A program made the translations under genes and the position numbers. From positions 1 to 40,806 of the IMG/VR virus record IMGVR_UViG_3300010052_000171: a stretch of 40,806 nucleotides of DNA, one strand, 5' to 3'. Origin of the DNA: a virus. Lineage: Duplodnaviria; Caudoviricetes. Positions 1-8,160 of the stretch are shown here, one piece after another. The stretch's first letter is position 1. Each line of letters opens with the position of its first letter. The notes under the pieces were generated by a model, which was not told the origin of the DNA, ran no database searches, and was given only the letters and a program-made list of their open reading frames with translations.

Positions 1-44
1 TCATAATCCTGGGGTCGGGGGTTCAAGTCCCTCCTCCGCTACCA
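1..44 (+). tRNA. 3' half of elongator tRNA-Met(CAT), either the gene cut by the window edge or an att-derived copy; prophage integration site
   Basis: TCATAA anticodon loop, GGGGGTTCAAGTCCCTC T-arm and CTCCGCT-A-CCA acceptor end. Confidence 0.88.
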
Positions 45-1665
45 GCATTGCAGTCCGATTTGCGGATTGTGATGCGTTTCCATCCGATGCGAGGGCCAGG
101 ACACTGGCTAGGCTTCCGGTCACTTCAACCCTTGCGCGATCGGGTGAACTGGGCGCGTCGGCGATGGTGATCGTCTCGATCAGCGAGCGGATCACCGGAA
201 GGAAGTGCTTCGCCTTCTCTCCGTCGGCTAGCGCCTTGCCGAGCAGACCGATCTTGCGTCGATAGGCTTCCACTATGTGCGGGTGCAGGATGATCGGGCG
301 TAGCGCGCGATGTTCGGCGAGCTGGGTCTCGGCGATCGCCAGCAGCTCGCGGCGGCGCTCAATCCCGGTTTGCATCACTTCGACGGCGATGCTCCCGCTC
401 GCCATCGCATCGACGAGGCGGCCGATTTCAGCATTGAGTTCGGCGACGCGCTTCTCGGCCGCTTCCAATCCGCTCGCCATCTTTGCCTGCTCGCGGGCAC
501 GGGCTTCGTGGTAGCGTTTGACGACGGCGCTGACGACATCGGGTGCGAGCAATTTGTTCTGCAGGCCTGACAGCACACGTTCTTCGAGTCGCTGAGTCGC
601 GATTCGGCGGTTGTTCGTACAAATGCCGCCTGCCTTACGGTTGCCACAACCCCAACGATCGCGGCTGATCACGGTATACGCGCCGCCGCATGAGGCACAG
701 CGAACCAAGCCTGAGAAGACATGTTTTGGTCGGCGCTGCTTATGGACGGGGATGCCCTTATTCGCGGCGCGCGCGGCCTGCACTGCATCCCATGTCTGCG
801 CGTCGATGATACGCAGATGATCGGCCTTCACCTCCACCACCGTATCTGGCGCATTGGCGCGCGAGGTGCGCTTCCCGGTTTCGCCGTTCTTGCGCATGAC
901 AACGCGGTTGTAGGCGATCACGCCTGAATAGGCGGGGTTGTGCAGAATGCCGTTCCGGCGCTCGCGCGTGCCGGTCAGGGTTGTCGGCCGCCAAATCGTG
1001 CCGCGAGGCGGAGGGATGCCTTCTGCATTCAGGCGCTTGACGATGGCAAAGGGGCTGTCGCCGGCGATCGTTTCAGCAAAGATGCGGCGGATCACCGCCG
1101 CTTCCTTCTCGACAATCTCCCGGTGCCCCCGCTCGACGATGCCATCGACGATCCGGGGGGCGGCAACATAGCCGTAGCAAATCCCGCCAGGGACAAGGCC
1201 GCGCTCGACCGTGCCGCGTTGGCCACGCCGGATCTTGTTGGCCAGTTCCTTGACGAAGAGCGCGTTCATCGTGCCGAGGAGACCAATGTGCAGCTCGGTG
1301 ATCCGGCCTTCGGAAACGGTGTGGATGCGGCAATCCGCGTCAGCCGCCCGCTCGTAGATCCGCGCCGGTGCGGAAAGGCCCCGAGAAATGCGATCCAGCG
1401 CCTCGGCAACGATGACATCGATATGGCCGCCATCGACGGCGGCGAGCAGCGATTTCAGGCCGGGTCGGTTGGTGGTCGTACCGCTGAGAGCGAGATCGGT
1501 GAAGACTTCGACGACTTCCCAACCTTCGCGTTCAGCCAGGTCGCGGCAAACTCGAACCTGATCCTCGGCCGACCGAAGGTTCTGCATATCGGTCGAGAAT
1601 CGGGCGTAGATTGCGGCGCGAGGGCGAGGGGCGGGGACGGATGCGCTGTGCGGATGATGAGACAT
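1..1665 (-). CDS. Large serine recombinase (integrase)
   Basis: AAIYARFST catalytic Ser, DRISR motif, recombinase domain, CASC...C...C zinc ribbon and coiled coil; likely start MSHH at 1665. Confidence 0.95.
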   Translation of the reverse strand: MSHHPHSASVPAPRPRAAIYARFSTDMQNLRSAEDQVRVCRDLAEREGWEVVEVFTDLALSGTTTNRPGLKSLLAAVDGGHIDVIVAEALDRISRGLSAPARIYERAADADCRIHTVSEGRITELHIGLLGTMNALFVKELANKIRRGQRGTVERGLVPGGICYGYVAAPRIVDGIVERGHREIVEKEAAVIRRIFAETIAGDSPFAIVKRLNAEGIPPPRGTIWRPTTLTGTRERRNGILHNPAYSGVIAYNRVVMRKNGETGKRTSRANAPDTVVEVKADHLRIIDAQTWDAVQAARAANKGIPVHKQRRPKHVFSGLVRCASCGGAYTVISRDRWGCGNRKAGGICTNNRRIATQRLEERVLSGLQNKLLAPDVVSAVVKRYHEARAREQAKMASGLEAAEKRVAELNAEIGRLVDAMASGSIAVEVMQTGIERRRELLAIAETQLAEHRALRPIILHPHIVEAYRRKIGLLGKALADGEKAKHFLPVIRSLIETITIADAPSSPDRARVEVTGSLASVLALASDGNASQSANRTAMLVAEEGLEPPTPGL

Positions 1666-1762
1666 TTGTCGCTTTCGTCGAGTCGGCGTGCGCAGCATCC
1701 TCCGCTGCCATGTCTTCAGCAATGGCAAGCGCAAGGTCGAGGATGCTGAGCGAGGCGATCAT
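1532..1762 (-). CDS. Small helical protein overlapping the integrase start (possible directionality or accessory factor)
   Basis: TGATG coupling to the upstream frame; LDLALAIAEDMAAED amphipathic helix; position directly before the integrase. Confidence 0.4.
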   Translation of the reverse strand: MIASLSILDLALAIAEDMAAEDAAHADSTKATNVSSSAQRIRPRPSPSRRNLRPILDRYAEPSVGRGSGSSLPRPG

Positions 1763-1817
1763 CAGATCGCGTCCAACCCGAACGGTTCAGTTCGGCGGAT
1801 ATCATTTGGACGTGTGC

Positions 1818-1946
1818 TCACCGCCGCCCTCCCGCCGCGCCGAACAATGCGACTAGGATGAAGGGAACAGTGGCGAGCGCGGCCAGACCAAGCAGCGCGA
1901 TCTGGGCGACGCGCTGCCAGCTGCGGGGTTCGCGGGGGGAGTCCAT
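1818..1946 (-). CDS. 42-aa single-TM protein (not in the ORF track)
   Basis: MDSPREPRSWQRVAQIALLGLAALATVPFILVALFGAAGGRR; TGATG overlap with the stop of the GapR-like gene. Confidence 0.6.
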   Translation of the reverse strand: MDSPREPRSWQRVAQIALLGLAALATVPFILVALFGAAGGRR

Positions 1947-2299
1947 CACCGCATCCCCAGCGAAACGAGATAGGTTTCGAGGAGAACCTCAGCCTCTTCG
2001 CGATGGTGCGATTCCATCCGGCGCAGCTTGAGGATCGTGTTGATCGTCTTCGCATCGAAGCCGGTGGACTTGGCCTCGGTGAGCACGTCCTTGATGTCGT
2101 CGAGGATACCCTGTTTCTCCTCGTGCAGGCGCTCGAGGCGTTCGAGGACCAGGCGCAACTGCTCGGCCGAGGATTCGCCGTTGGTCTTGATCGGATCGGG
2201 AACGACCCGCTTCTTGCGCCCCTTGGTCGTGGCCGCGGCAACGACGATCGGGGCGGGCACATGCCGTGCAACGCCGTCGGCGCCGCGCTGAAGGCGCAT
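1946..2299 (-). CDS. gapR: GapR/DUF2312 family nucleoid-associated protein
   Basis: AEQLRLVLERLERLHEEKQGILDDIKDVLTEAKSTGFDAKTINTILKLRR...EEAEVLLETYLVSLGM matches the DUF2312 signature. Confidence 0.88.
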   Translation of the reverse strand: MRLQRGADGVARHVPAPIVVAAATTKGRKKRVVPDPIKTNGESSAEQLRLVLERLERLHEEKQGILDDIKDVLTEAKSTGFDAKTINTILKLRRMESHHREEAEVLLETYLVSLGMR

Positions 2300-2310
2300 G
2301 GTCAGGCCGC

Positions 2311-2457
2311 TCACAGGATGCCGGCCAGATGAAGGAGGGCGCGCCCCGGCACGAGTGCGAAGGCGACGGCACCGGCCCACAGGTCGAAGCGGTCGAAGCC
2401 GAGCGGCGGCGGCGAGCAATGCTCACATGCGCACGGGCCAAGCGTGGAGGCGCGCAT
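2311..2457 (-). CDS. Small hypothetical protein
   Basis: Start overlaps the upstream stop within the early operon; CACEHC motif and hydrophobic tail. Confidence 0.45.
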   Translation of the reverse strand: MRASTLGPCACEHCSPPPLGFDRFDLWAGAVAFALVPGRALLHLAGIL

Positions 2458-2912
2458 CAGAACAGGTCGCCGTTGCTGCAGCGGGTGCAAATATCGTCGC
2501 CCGCCCAGCGACACCCGCCCGCGCAGGCATCGTCCTGGGTGCACCCGCAGCCGCGACAGATGCGGGGGTGACGCTCAGCCGGCTCGGTCGCGAGCTGGAA
2601 GTAGACTTCGGGGTCGAACGCGAAGACGCCGGCGAACAGATCGAGCGTGAAGCGGTGCCGCGCGACGATACCCGGGGTTTCAAGCTGACGCAGCAGGTCG
2701 CGCAGCTCGGCGAGCTGCGCGCCGCGGCCGATCTGACGCGAGCGAATGCCATGCCGGTACACGTTGACCGCGATCAGCTCGGCGACTTGGTCGATGGTCA
2801 GACCGGCGGCTTTTCGGCGAAGCGCCAGATAGGTGGAAGGGGTGAAGGGCTGGGGTTCGCCGATCGGCGGCGGCGGTGGCACAGAACAGCCGAGCACAAG
2901 CGCGTGCAGCAT
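2457..2912 (-). CDS. HTH-like protein with a C-terminal Cys-rich zinc finger
   Basis: YLALRRKAAGLTIDQVAELI (XRE-like) plus ICRGCGCTQDDACAGGCRWAGDDICTRC. Confidence 0.75.
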   Translation of the reverse strand: MLHALVLGCSVPPPPPIGEPQPFTPSTYLALRRKAAGLTIDQVAELIAVNVYRHGIRSRQIGRGAQLAELRDLLRQLETPGIVARHRFTLDLFAGVFAFDPEVYFQLATEPAERHPRICRGCGCTQDDACAGGCRWAGDDICTRCSNGDLF

Positions 2913-2915
2913 GGA

Positions 2916-5636
2916 TCAGGATCCTTTCTTCTGTTTGTCGGGATTGGGATTCTGGAAGACCCAGCAGTTCACGGTCTTTCCGGTGACCGAGTTGACCGCC
3001 TTGTTCTCGAGGAAGCGGCGGGCCTTCGACGTCTTTAGAAGGCGCTTCAGCTCTTGCTGGGTGCAGTTCCAGCGCAGGCCGTTGGCCGAACAGCGGGTCT
3101 CGAACTGGACCAGGCTGATTGCGTGAACGTCGCTCCCGCGCGCGTGGTCGATCGGGTTGTCGGGCGCGAGCTGGAAGGCGCAGTCCTGGGCGTGGAAGTG
3201 GTCGAACCGCTCCCAGAAGAGGACGACGGTGGCGTGATCGGCCTCGGTAACGCGATGACGCTCAACCAGCATGTCGAGGATCAGGCTGTGTGCGTCGGCG
3301 ACGTCGCGATCGGACAGGTTTGATACGACCAGGCGCATCGCGTCGAGCATAGCGGCGAGCTGGGCGTGGTTCTGGGCGAAGCGATAGTCGCCGCATCCCG
3401 GATGCCGGAGCATCGCGGCCTCGTGCCGGGCGAATGCATCGAAATAGGCGGCGAGGATCTGCTCCTCGCGCCGCACGACATGAACCGCGAACCCCGATAC
3501 GTCGCCGGCGTCGGTGGCCTTCAGCGCATTTGCCGCTGCCTTGCCCTGGGGCGAGAAGCGACCCTTGTCGAAATGCAGGCCCATGATGCGCTCAGTCATC
3601 GCGGGCGAGCCCTCGACGGTGGCGTTCTGGGCAATAACGAGCGCACCACGGAACGGCGGCTCGAACGTCTCCATCCCGCTGTTGGCAATGGCGCGGGTGC
3701 GAACGGCACGGCCGTTATAGGCGGTTTTCAGCTCATCCCATTCGAAGCGCCGGGCATGAGAGGTTTCCTGATTGCGGTCGCCTTCGATCAGCACCACGGG
3801 CAGGTTGCCGACCTGGCCGAGCGTGCGCGCTATGCCGGCACTGGTTGCCTTGGTCGGGTCGAACCCCTCATACCCGCGGCGCGCCAGCAGCTTCCACAGG
3901 AACTCCAGCAGGCCGGTCTTGCCGCTGCCCGGCGCGCCGGTCATCTCAAGGAAGCCGAGGCTTTCCTGTTTGGCGCGAACCTGTTCGGCGAACAGGGAGA
4001 GCACCCAGAAGGCGAGCACGACCAGCCCCTTGGGGCCGTAGGCGGTGACCAGCGGCGCGGTCCATGACAGGTCGAGCTTGTCGGAATCGTAGGCGATGCG
4101 GAGCATCCGCTCCGACGTGCGCAGCTTTACCGATCGCTTGCCGAGGACGAAGTAATCCTCGTCGTTTGGCTCGTAGACGCGGCCCTTGTGCACGGCGATA
4201 TCGCCGAAGATCCATGCCTGATGGTCGATCGAGTAGCCGGTGAACTGGATCGCCTCGACAACCTGAATGTTCGCCCATTGGCGCTGCATCAGCCGCACGA
4301 TCTGGAACTGATTGCCGGTCCACAGGGCGCCAGGTGCGACCGAAGCGAGCCGCTTCATGAAATCCGCGGATCCCGCGCAGGCAGCGCCGGAGAATGTCGC
4401 CTTCACCGTGGCGCGATCCGACGGAAAGTCGACGCGCAGGAAGTATGCGCCTTCCTCAAGGTTCGGGTCGCGCTGGTAATAGAGGGTGCGGAACGTGCAG
4501 TTTGCGACCTCCTCGATCTCAACCGCGCGTTCGGCCGCCTTGTGCCACTGCTGATCGAATGGGAGGGTCTTGAAATACTCCAGCTCGGGGTCGGTGCTTT
4601 CCAGCATCGACGCCAGCTCGCCCTGGATGCGCTCGATCGAGAACGTCGCCCAGAGTTGGCGCCCGCCGAATGTGACGGGGAAATTGGCGAGCTTTTCCCG
4701 CTCGTAGATCAACAGCGCCTTGGCCGTGGCCGTCGGCGCGATGGTGACCTCACCGTTCCAGCGATAGGTGGCGAGATCCTCGGGCGTCAGCTTGTCGCGC
4801 TGCGCCAGGTCGTTCCAATCGAGCTTCTCGCCCTCACCATCGGGGCGGACCTGCGCCGCGCCGGAGCGCCAGCCGTCTTTCGTCGCCTGTTTGTGGAACT
4901 TGCGCGTGTAGTTGACCCCGGCGCGGCCGACATCGAACGCCCAGATCAGGCGCGGCCCGGCAAGGTTCAGCTCGCCGCACACCTTGCGCAGTTCGGCCAG
5001 GAAGTGTTCGGGATAGGCGTTGCAGGTGAGCGACGACACGGCCCGGACGTTGCCGGACTGCACCAGCGCGATCGTGTCGAAGATGCCCTCGGCAATCCAC
5101 AGCTCGTCCGCGAGCGCCAGATCGCGCATGGTGACGCCGGGATAGATCCAGCAATGACCGCGATAGCTGGAGCCGTAGGAGAAGACGGCCTTCTTCTTCC
5201 CGAAGCGTCCAGGCTGATCGATCAGCCGCTGCCAATGCCCGCCGCCGGGCAGGGCAAAGCGCACCGCGGCCGATCCGATGCCCAGATCCTGATCGCGATA
5301 CCATTCCTGCGTATACGCGCCGCGCAGGCCCAAAAGGTTGAAGCCGCGCGCGGATGAGAGATAGGCGTCGGCGGCGGCGTGGGGGTTTTCGGGTGTCTGC
5401 TTGTGCCGCTTCGACCAGTTGTCGAAGATCTCCGGGTACAGCTCCTTGACGTGCTTCTCTTCGCCGCAGCGATTGACGCGGCCGCATTTGATGACCCAGG
5501 GCGCGTCGGCGCGGGCATAGGCCTCACGCTTTCCGCATTTGCCGCACTTCCCCTCCTGCAGCCACGCGCCCTTGTCCTTGAAGCCGTAATCGGCCTTCAG
5601 GCGCTTGAGCACTTCGGTGAGCAAATCGTCGCGCAT
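2916..5636 (-). CDS. Bifunctional DNA primase-helicase (zinc finger, Toprim, P-loop)
   Basis: CGKC...C...C zinc finger, IAEGIFD and AFD Toprim motifs, DWND, Walker A GAPGSGKT. Confidence 0.9.
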   Translation of the reverse strand: MRDDLLTEVLKRLKADYGFKDKGAWLQEGKCGKCGKREAYARADAPWVIKCGRVNRCGEEKHVKELYPEIFDNWSKRHKQTPENPHAAADAYLSSARGFNLLGLRGAYTQEWYRDQDLGIGSAAVRFALPGGGHWQRLIDQPGRFGKKKAVFSYGSSYRGHCWIYPGVTMRDLALADELWIAEGIFDTIALVQSGNVRAVSSLTCNAYPEHFLAELRKVCGELNLAGPRLIWAFDVGRAGVNYTRKFHKQATKDGWRSGAAQVRPDGEGEKLDWNDLAQRDKLTPEDLATYRWNGEVTIAPTATAKALLIYEREKLANFPVTFGGRQLWATFSIERIQGELASMLESTDPELEYFKTLPFDQQWHKAAERAVEIEEVANCTFRTLYYQRDPNLEEGAYFLRVDFPSDRATVKATFSGAACAGSADFMKRLASVAPGALWTGNQFQIVRLMQRQWANIQVVEAIQFTGYSIDHQAWIFGDIAVHKGRVYEPNDEDYFVLGKRSVKLRTSERMLRIAYDSDKLDLSWTAPLVTAYGPKGLVVLAFWVLSLFAEQVRAKQESLGFLEMTGAPGSGKTGLLEFLWKLLARRGYEGFDPTKATSAGIARTLGQVGNLPVVLIEGDRNQETSHARRFEWDELKTAYNGRAVRTRAIANSGMETFEPPFRGALVIAQNATVEGSPAMTERIMGLHFDKGRFSPQGKAAANALKATDAGDVSGFAVHVVRREEQILAAYFDAFARHEAAMLRHPGCGDYRFAQNHAQLAAMLDAMRLVVSNLSDRDVADAHSLILDMLVERHRVTEADHATVVLFWERFDHFHAQDCAFQLAPDNPIDHARGSDVHAISLVQFETRCSANGLRWNCTQQELKRLLKTSKARRFLENKAVNSVTGKTVNCWVFQNPNPDKQKKGS

Positions 5637-5738
5637 CGCGGGTGTCGGTTCTTTCGGGCAAGCGGAGGGCGTTCCCGGAAGCGCGTCGCGACCGGGTGGT
5701 TGGTTCGATCAGGGCGCCGGAATGGCGCGGGTTGGAGG

Positions 5739-6062
5739 TCAGCCGCTCAACGGAGCGGCCCGCGTCGGGTCTTCGGCCGCCGGCGGCCGCTCATCATTGG
5801 CGGGCGCGGGCGCGTCGTCGTTCGCCGGCGGCGGCGCCCAATTCCCGACGGGCAGGTGAATGTTGGGGTTCGGCCGCGCGCTGGGCCGCACTGTGCGAAT
5901 GACGCTCAACTGCGCGACGAAGGTGTGGCCGCAATCGACGTCGTCGCAGACCAGGCGCAGCTCGCGCACGATCGGTGTCACCTGCACGCTGTCACGCACG
6001 ATCGATCGCGCGCCGCAATGCGGGCAGTGGATGCCGGGTAGTCTCGGCTTCTTGGCAGTCAT
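5739..6062 (-). CDS. ogr: Ogr/Delta-family late transcription activator
   Basis: IHCPHCG...LVCDDVDCGHTF...PSARPNP. Confidence 0.92.
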   Translation of the reverse strand: MTAKKPRLPGIHCPHCGARSIVRDSVQVTPIVRELRLVCDDVDCGHTFVAQLSVIRTVRPSARPNPNIHLPVGNWAPPPANDDAPAPANDERPPAAEDPTRAAPLSG

Positions 6063-6556
6063 GGGATGGACCCCTCCGCGTTTTCCACCCGTGGCCCCGC
6101 GCCATGGGTATGGAAGTTCGAGAGATGCCGACCGACGACCGCCATCGACGATTGGGCTTCTTCAATTTCGGTTTCGGCGCGATGGACCTCACGAGGCCCG
6201 GCGCCGGGATGTGTGACCGCGAGCGCGGCCGCGATGGCCTCACCGCTTTCCTTCGCTGCCGTTGCGACCGCGACGGTCAGGGCGAGCCGATTGGCGACCC
6301 GTTCACTGACTTCGCGGTCAAGGAGCTGGAGATAGGTGTCAGAGATCGGCGCGCATTCGCCGCCGGCCTCAACGAAGGCCGCGTCCAGTGCGACGCCCTG
6401 GGCGACGGTTGGGTGTGCCTTGGCCAGCGGGTGCGACCATTTGCGCACGAGCCGTTCACTGCGGCCAACGATCGCGGCCATGCGTGGATAACCTAACGTC
6501 CCTGCGATCGTGCTGATCGCCTTTGGGAAGGAGAGGGGCGCGCGAGCGAGTGTCAT
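6059..6556 (-). CDS. CII-like phage regulator
   Basis: N-terminal HTH-like segment (MAAIVGRSERLVRKWS); located between cro and ogr with overlapping start and stop codons. Confidence 0.6.
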   Translation of the reverse strand: MTLARAPLSFPKAISTIAGTLGYPRMAAIVGRSERLVRKWSHPLAKAHPTVAQGVALDAAFVEAGGECAPISDTYLQLLDREVSERVANRLALTVAVATAAKESGEAIAAALAVTHPGAGPREVHRAETEIEEAQSSMAVVGRHLSNFHTHGAGPRVENAEGSIP

Positions 6557-6876
6557 ATGCGCCCCGCTGTTGGGTGCAAAACGGCGCCCCGATCGCACGC
6601 GACGACCGGTGCGCCGTCGGATACGAGGCCACCGGGACAAGAGGAGCCGGTGGCGATGGTGTCGCGAGGGTAGATGTCGGGACGGAGTTGGTGGCGGGAC
6701 ACCCCTGTTGCCGTTTCAACGGCGATCACGTGCTGCGGCGGGAGCGGTTTCCCGCCGGATATCCACTTCCAAACCGCTGCCTGCGTCACTCCACAAACGC
6801 GCGCAAATGCGGCCTGAGAGCCGACATGCTCGATAGCGTGTTTGAGTGCGTCGATAGGGGTGAGGTGCTCGACCAT
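6553..6876 (-). CDS. cro: Cro-like (YdaS family) regulator
   Basis: GSQAAFARVCGVTQAAVWKW...IAVETATGVSRHQLRPDIY. Confidence 0.88.
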   Translation of the reverse strand: MVEHLTPIDALKHAIEHVGSQAAFARVCGVTQAAVWKWISGGKPLPPQHVIAVETATGVSRHQLRPDIYPRDTIATGSSCPGGLVSDGAPVVACDRGAVLHPTAGRI

Positions 6877-6887
6877 GACAATCAGCT

Positions 6888-6948
6888 ACAACCAAAGTTG
6901 TGGATGGTCAACAACCATTCTTCCCTTTGGGGCAACAACCTAAGTTGT
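6888..6948. promoter_or_regulatory. CI/Cro operators
   Basis: Palindromes ACAACCAAAGTTGT (6888-6901) and ACAACCTAAGTTGT (6935-6948), plus a half site ACAACC at 6911, between divergent cro and cI. Confidence 0.8.
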
Positions 6949-6959
6949 AGGTATTACGC

Positions 6960-7454
6960 ATGATAAGGGGCGACCGCATTGCAGCGCGCATCGACGCGAT
7001 CGGCACATCACAGAGCGCGATAGCGAGAGCCCTGGGCATTTCTCAGCAGGCGGTGGGGAAGCTTATCCACGGCGAAACCCGCAATACCTCCAAGTTGGTA
7101 CAGCTTGCGCGTGTGTTGCTGACCACGCCGGCATACTTGGAGGGAGAAGTCGATGATCCCGATGAAGGTTATGTCGCCCCAACACCTCTGCCCGTCCAAC
7201 TGATCACGATGCAGGTTGCGCTACCTAGTGAAGCCGCGTTGACGCGGATGTTCGAAGGGCTGTTGCGGCCGCTCGATCGGGATTTGACCGTGGCCGAGCT
7301 AGCTCGAACTCTCGCTCGGCGGCTGCCAACTGGTCTCGCGCAGCTTCAAGATCTGATGCCCGCACCCGCGACGGCCGAAGCGCGCGAAGCCGGTGCAGAT
7401 CCTCAAGTTCGCGCCACAGATCGTCCCGCGTCGCCGCCAGAACCGCACACATGA
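6960..7454 (+). CDS. cI: CI-like XRE repressor with no S24 peptidase domain
   Basis: SQSAIARALGISQQAVGKLIHGET HTH; divergent from cro. Confidence 0.85.
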   Translation: MIRGDRIAARIDAIGTSQSAIARALGISQQAVGKLIHGETRNTSKLVQLARVLLTTPAYLEGEVDDPDEGYVAPTPLPVQLITMQVALPSEAALTRMFEGLLRPLDRDLTVAELARTLARRLPTGLAQLQDLMPAPATAEAREAGADPQVRATDRPASPPEPHT

Positions 7455-7515
7455 CATCGCACCGGGGGCAGGCCAATTCACAACCAGGCGTGAGCCGGAA
7501 GACGGGTGCGTTCAT
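7225..7515 (-). CDS. Small Cys4 protein, paralog A, antisense to cI (candidate SOS antirepressor)
   Basis: PVFRLTPGCELACPRCDVMCAVLAATRD is homologous to ORFs at 32995 and 37139; LexA box upstream. Confidence 0.75.
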   Translation of the reverse strand: MNAPVFRLTPGCELACPRCDVMCAVLAATRDDLWRELEDLHRLRALRPSRVRASDLEAARDQLAAAEREFELARPRSNPDRAAATALRTSASTRLH

Positions 7516-7536
7516 TCGTTCTCGGTTCGATTCGTT

Positions 7537-7551
7537 GTTCTCTGCACGTTC
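7537..7551. promoter_or_regulatory. Alphaproteobacterial LexA (SOS) box
   Basis: GTTC-TCTGCAC-GTTC fits GTTC-N7-GTTC; further GTTC units at 7518 and 7525. Confidence 0.75.
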
Positions 7552-7593
7552 TCATCGCGGCGCGTTTCCAACATTGGAAGAGGGCTAAGCGGT

Positions 7594-8160
7594 GTGAGCG
7601 GGCCGCCTCCCTCAACCACTCTTTCGAGTACACCGGTGACTCCGTGGCCAGTCGCGCAGTTTCGCGAAGCGCCATTGATGATGTGGTCAACCTCAAACCG
7701 TGTTGTTCACACGATCTCGAGGCAGTATTTCGGCTACCATTATGTGTGGTGCAGTCCGGCCTTTGATGCATCAGCGCTAGGACGTTATTCCCTCAGCTCC
7801 CAGCAGCCACCCTCATCTGACCCGGTATCGATCTACCGGGAGCAGCACGCCGCCGTCGTCCGGCGCGATGAGCACAATGCAAAAGTCGCCAGCCAAAAGG
7901 CGACGCTGAAGGGTGTCGCGCTGAAATTGTCCGCAAGCGGCACTATATCCGAGTATGAGTTTGAGGAGATCGTTACGTTTGTCGACCGGACTACGATCGA
8001 TGACTGGGTGCCGGTGATCTACGCTATCCCCTTTGCGCCGATCGCCGCTAAGGTCCTCGCCGTACCCAGGTCGGAACGCGCGAGCGCCGCCCCCGAGTAT
8101 GTGGTACCCAATCTACTCGACAGCGAGTTTGATGTGATCGAGCCAATGATATGTCGTTGA
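7594..8160 (+). CDS. Accessory hypothetical protein (start uncertain)
   Basis: GTG after a purine-rich stretch; globular-looking sequence HYVWCSP...PPSSDP...EYVV. Confidence 0.7.
   Translation: MSGPPPSTTLSSTPVTPWPVAQFREAPLMMWSTSNRVVHTISRQYFGYHYVWCSPAFDASALGRYSLSSQQPPSSDPVSIYREQHAAVVRRDEHNAKVASQKATLKGVALKLSASGTISEYEFEEIVTFVDRTTIDDWVPVIYAIPFAPIAAKVLAVPRSERASAAPEYVVPNLLDSEFDVIEPMICR

Noticed and set aside
940-5357. Long plus-strand ORFs (940-1749, 2298-3038, 3366-4067, 4188-5357)
   Set aside because: Antisense shadows of the integrase and primase in high-GC DNA, with no motifs
7393-7593. N-terminal extension of the 7393-8160 ORF
   Set aside because: It overlaps cI, paralog A and the LexA box; a later start at 7594 or 7678 is more plausible
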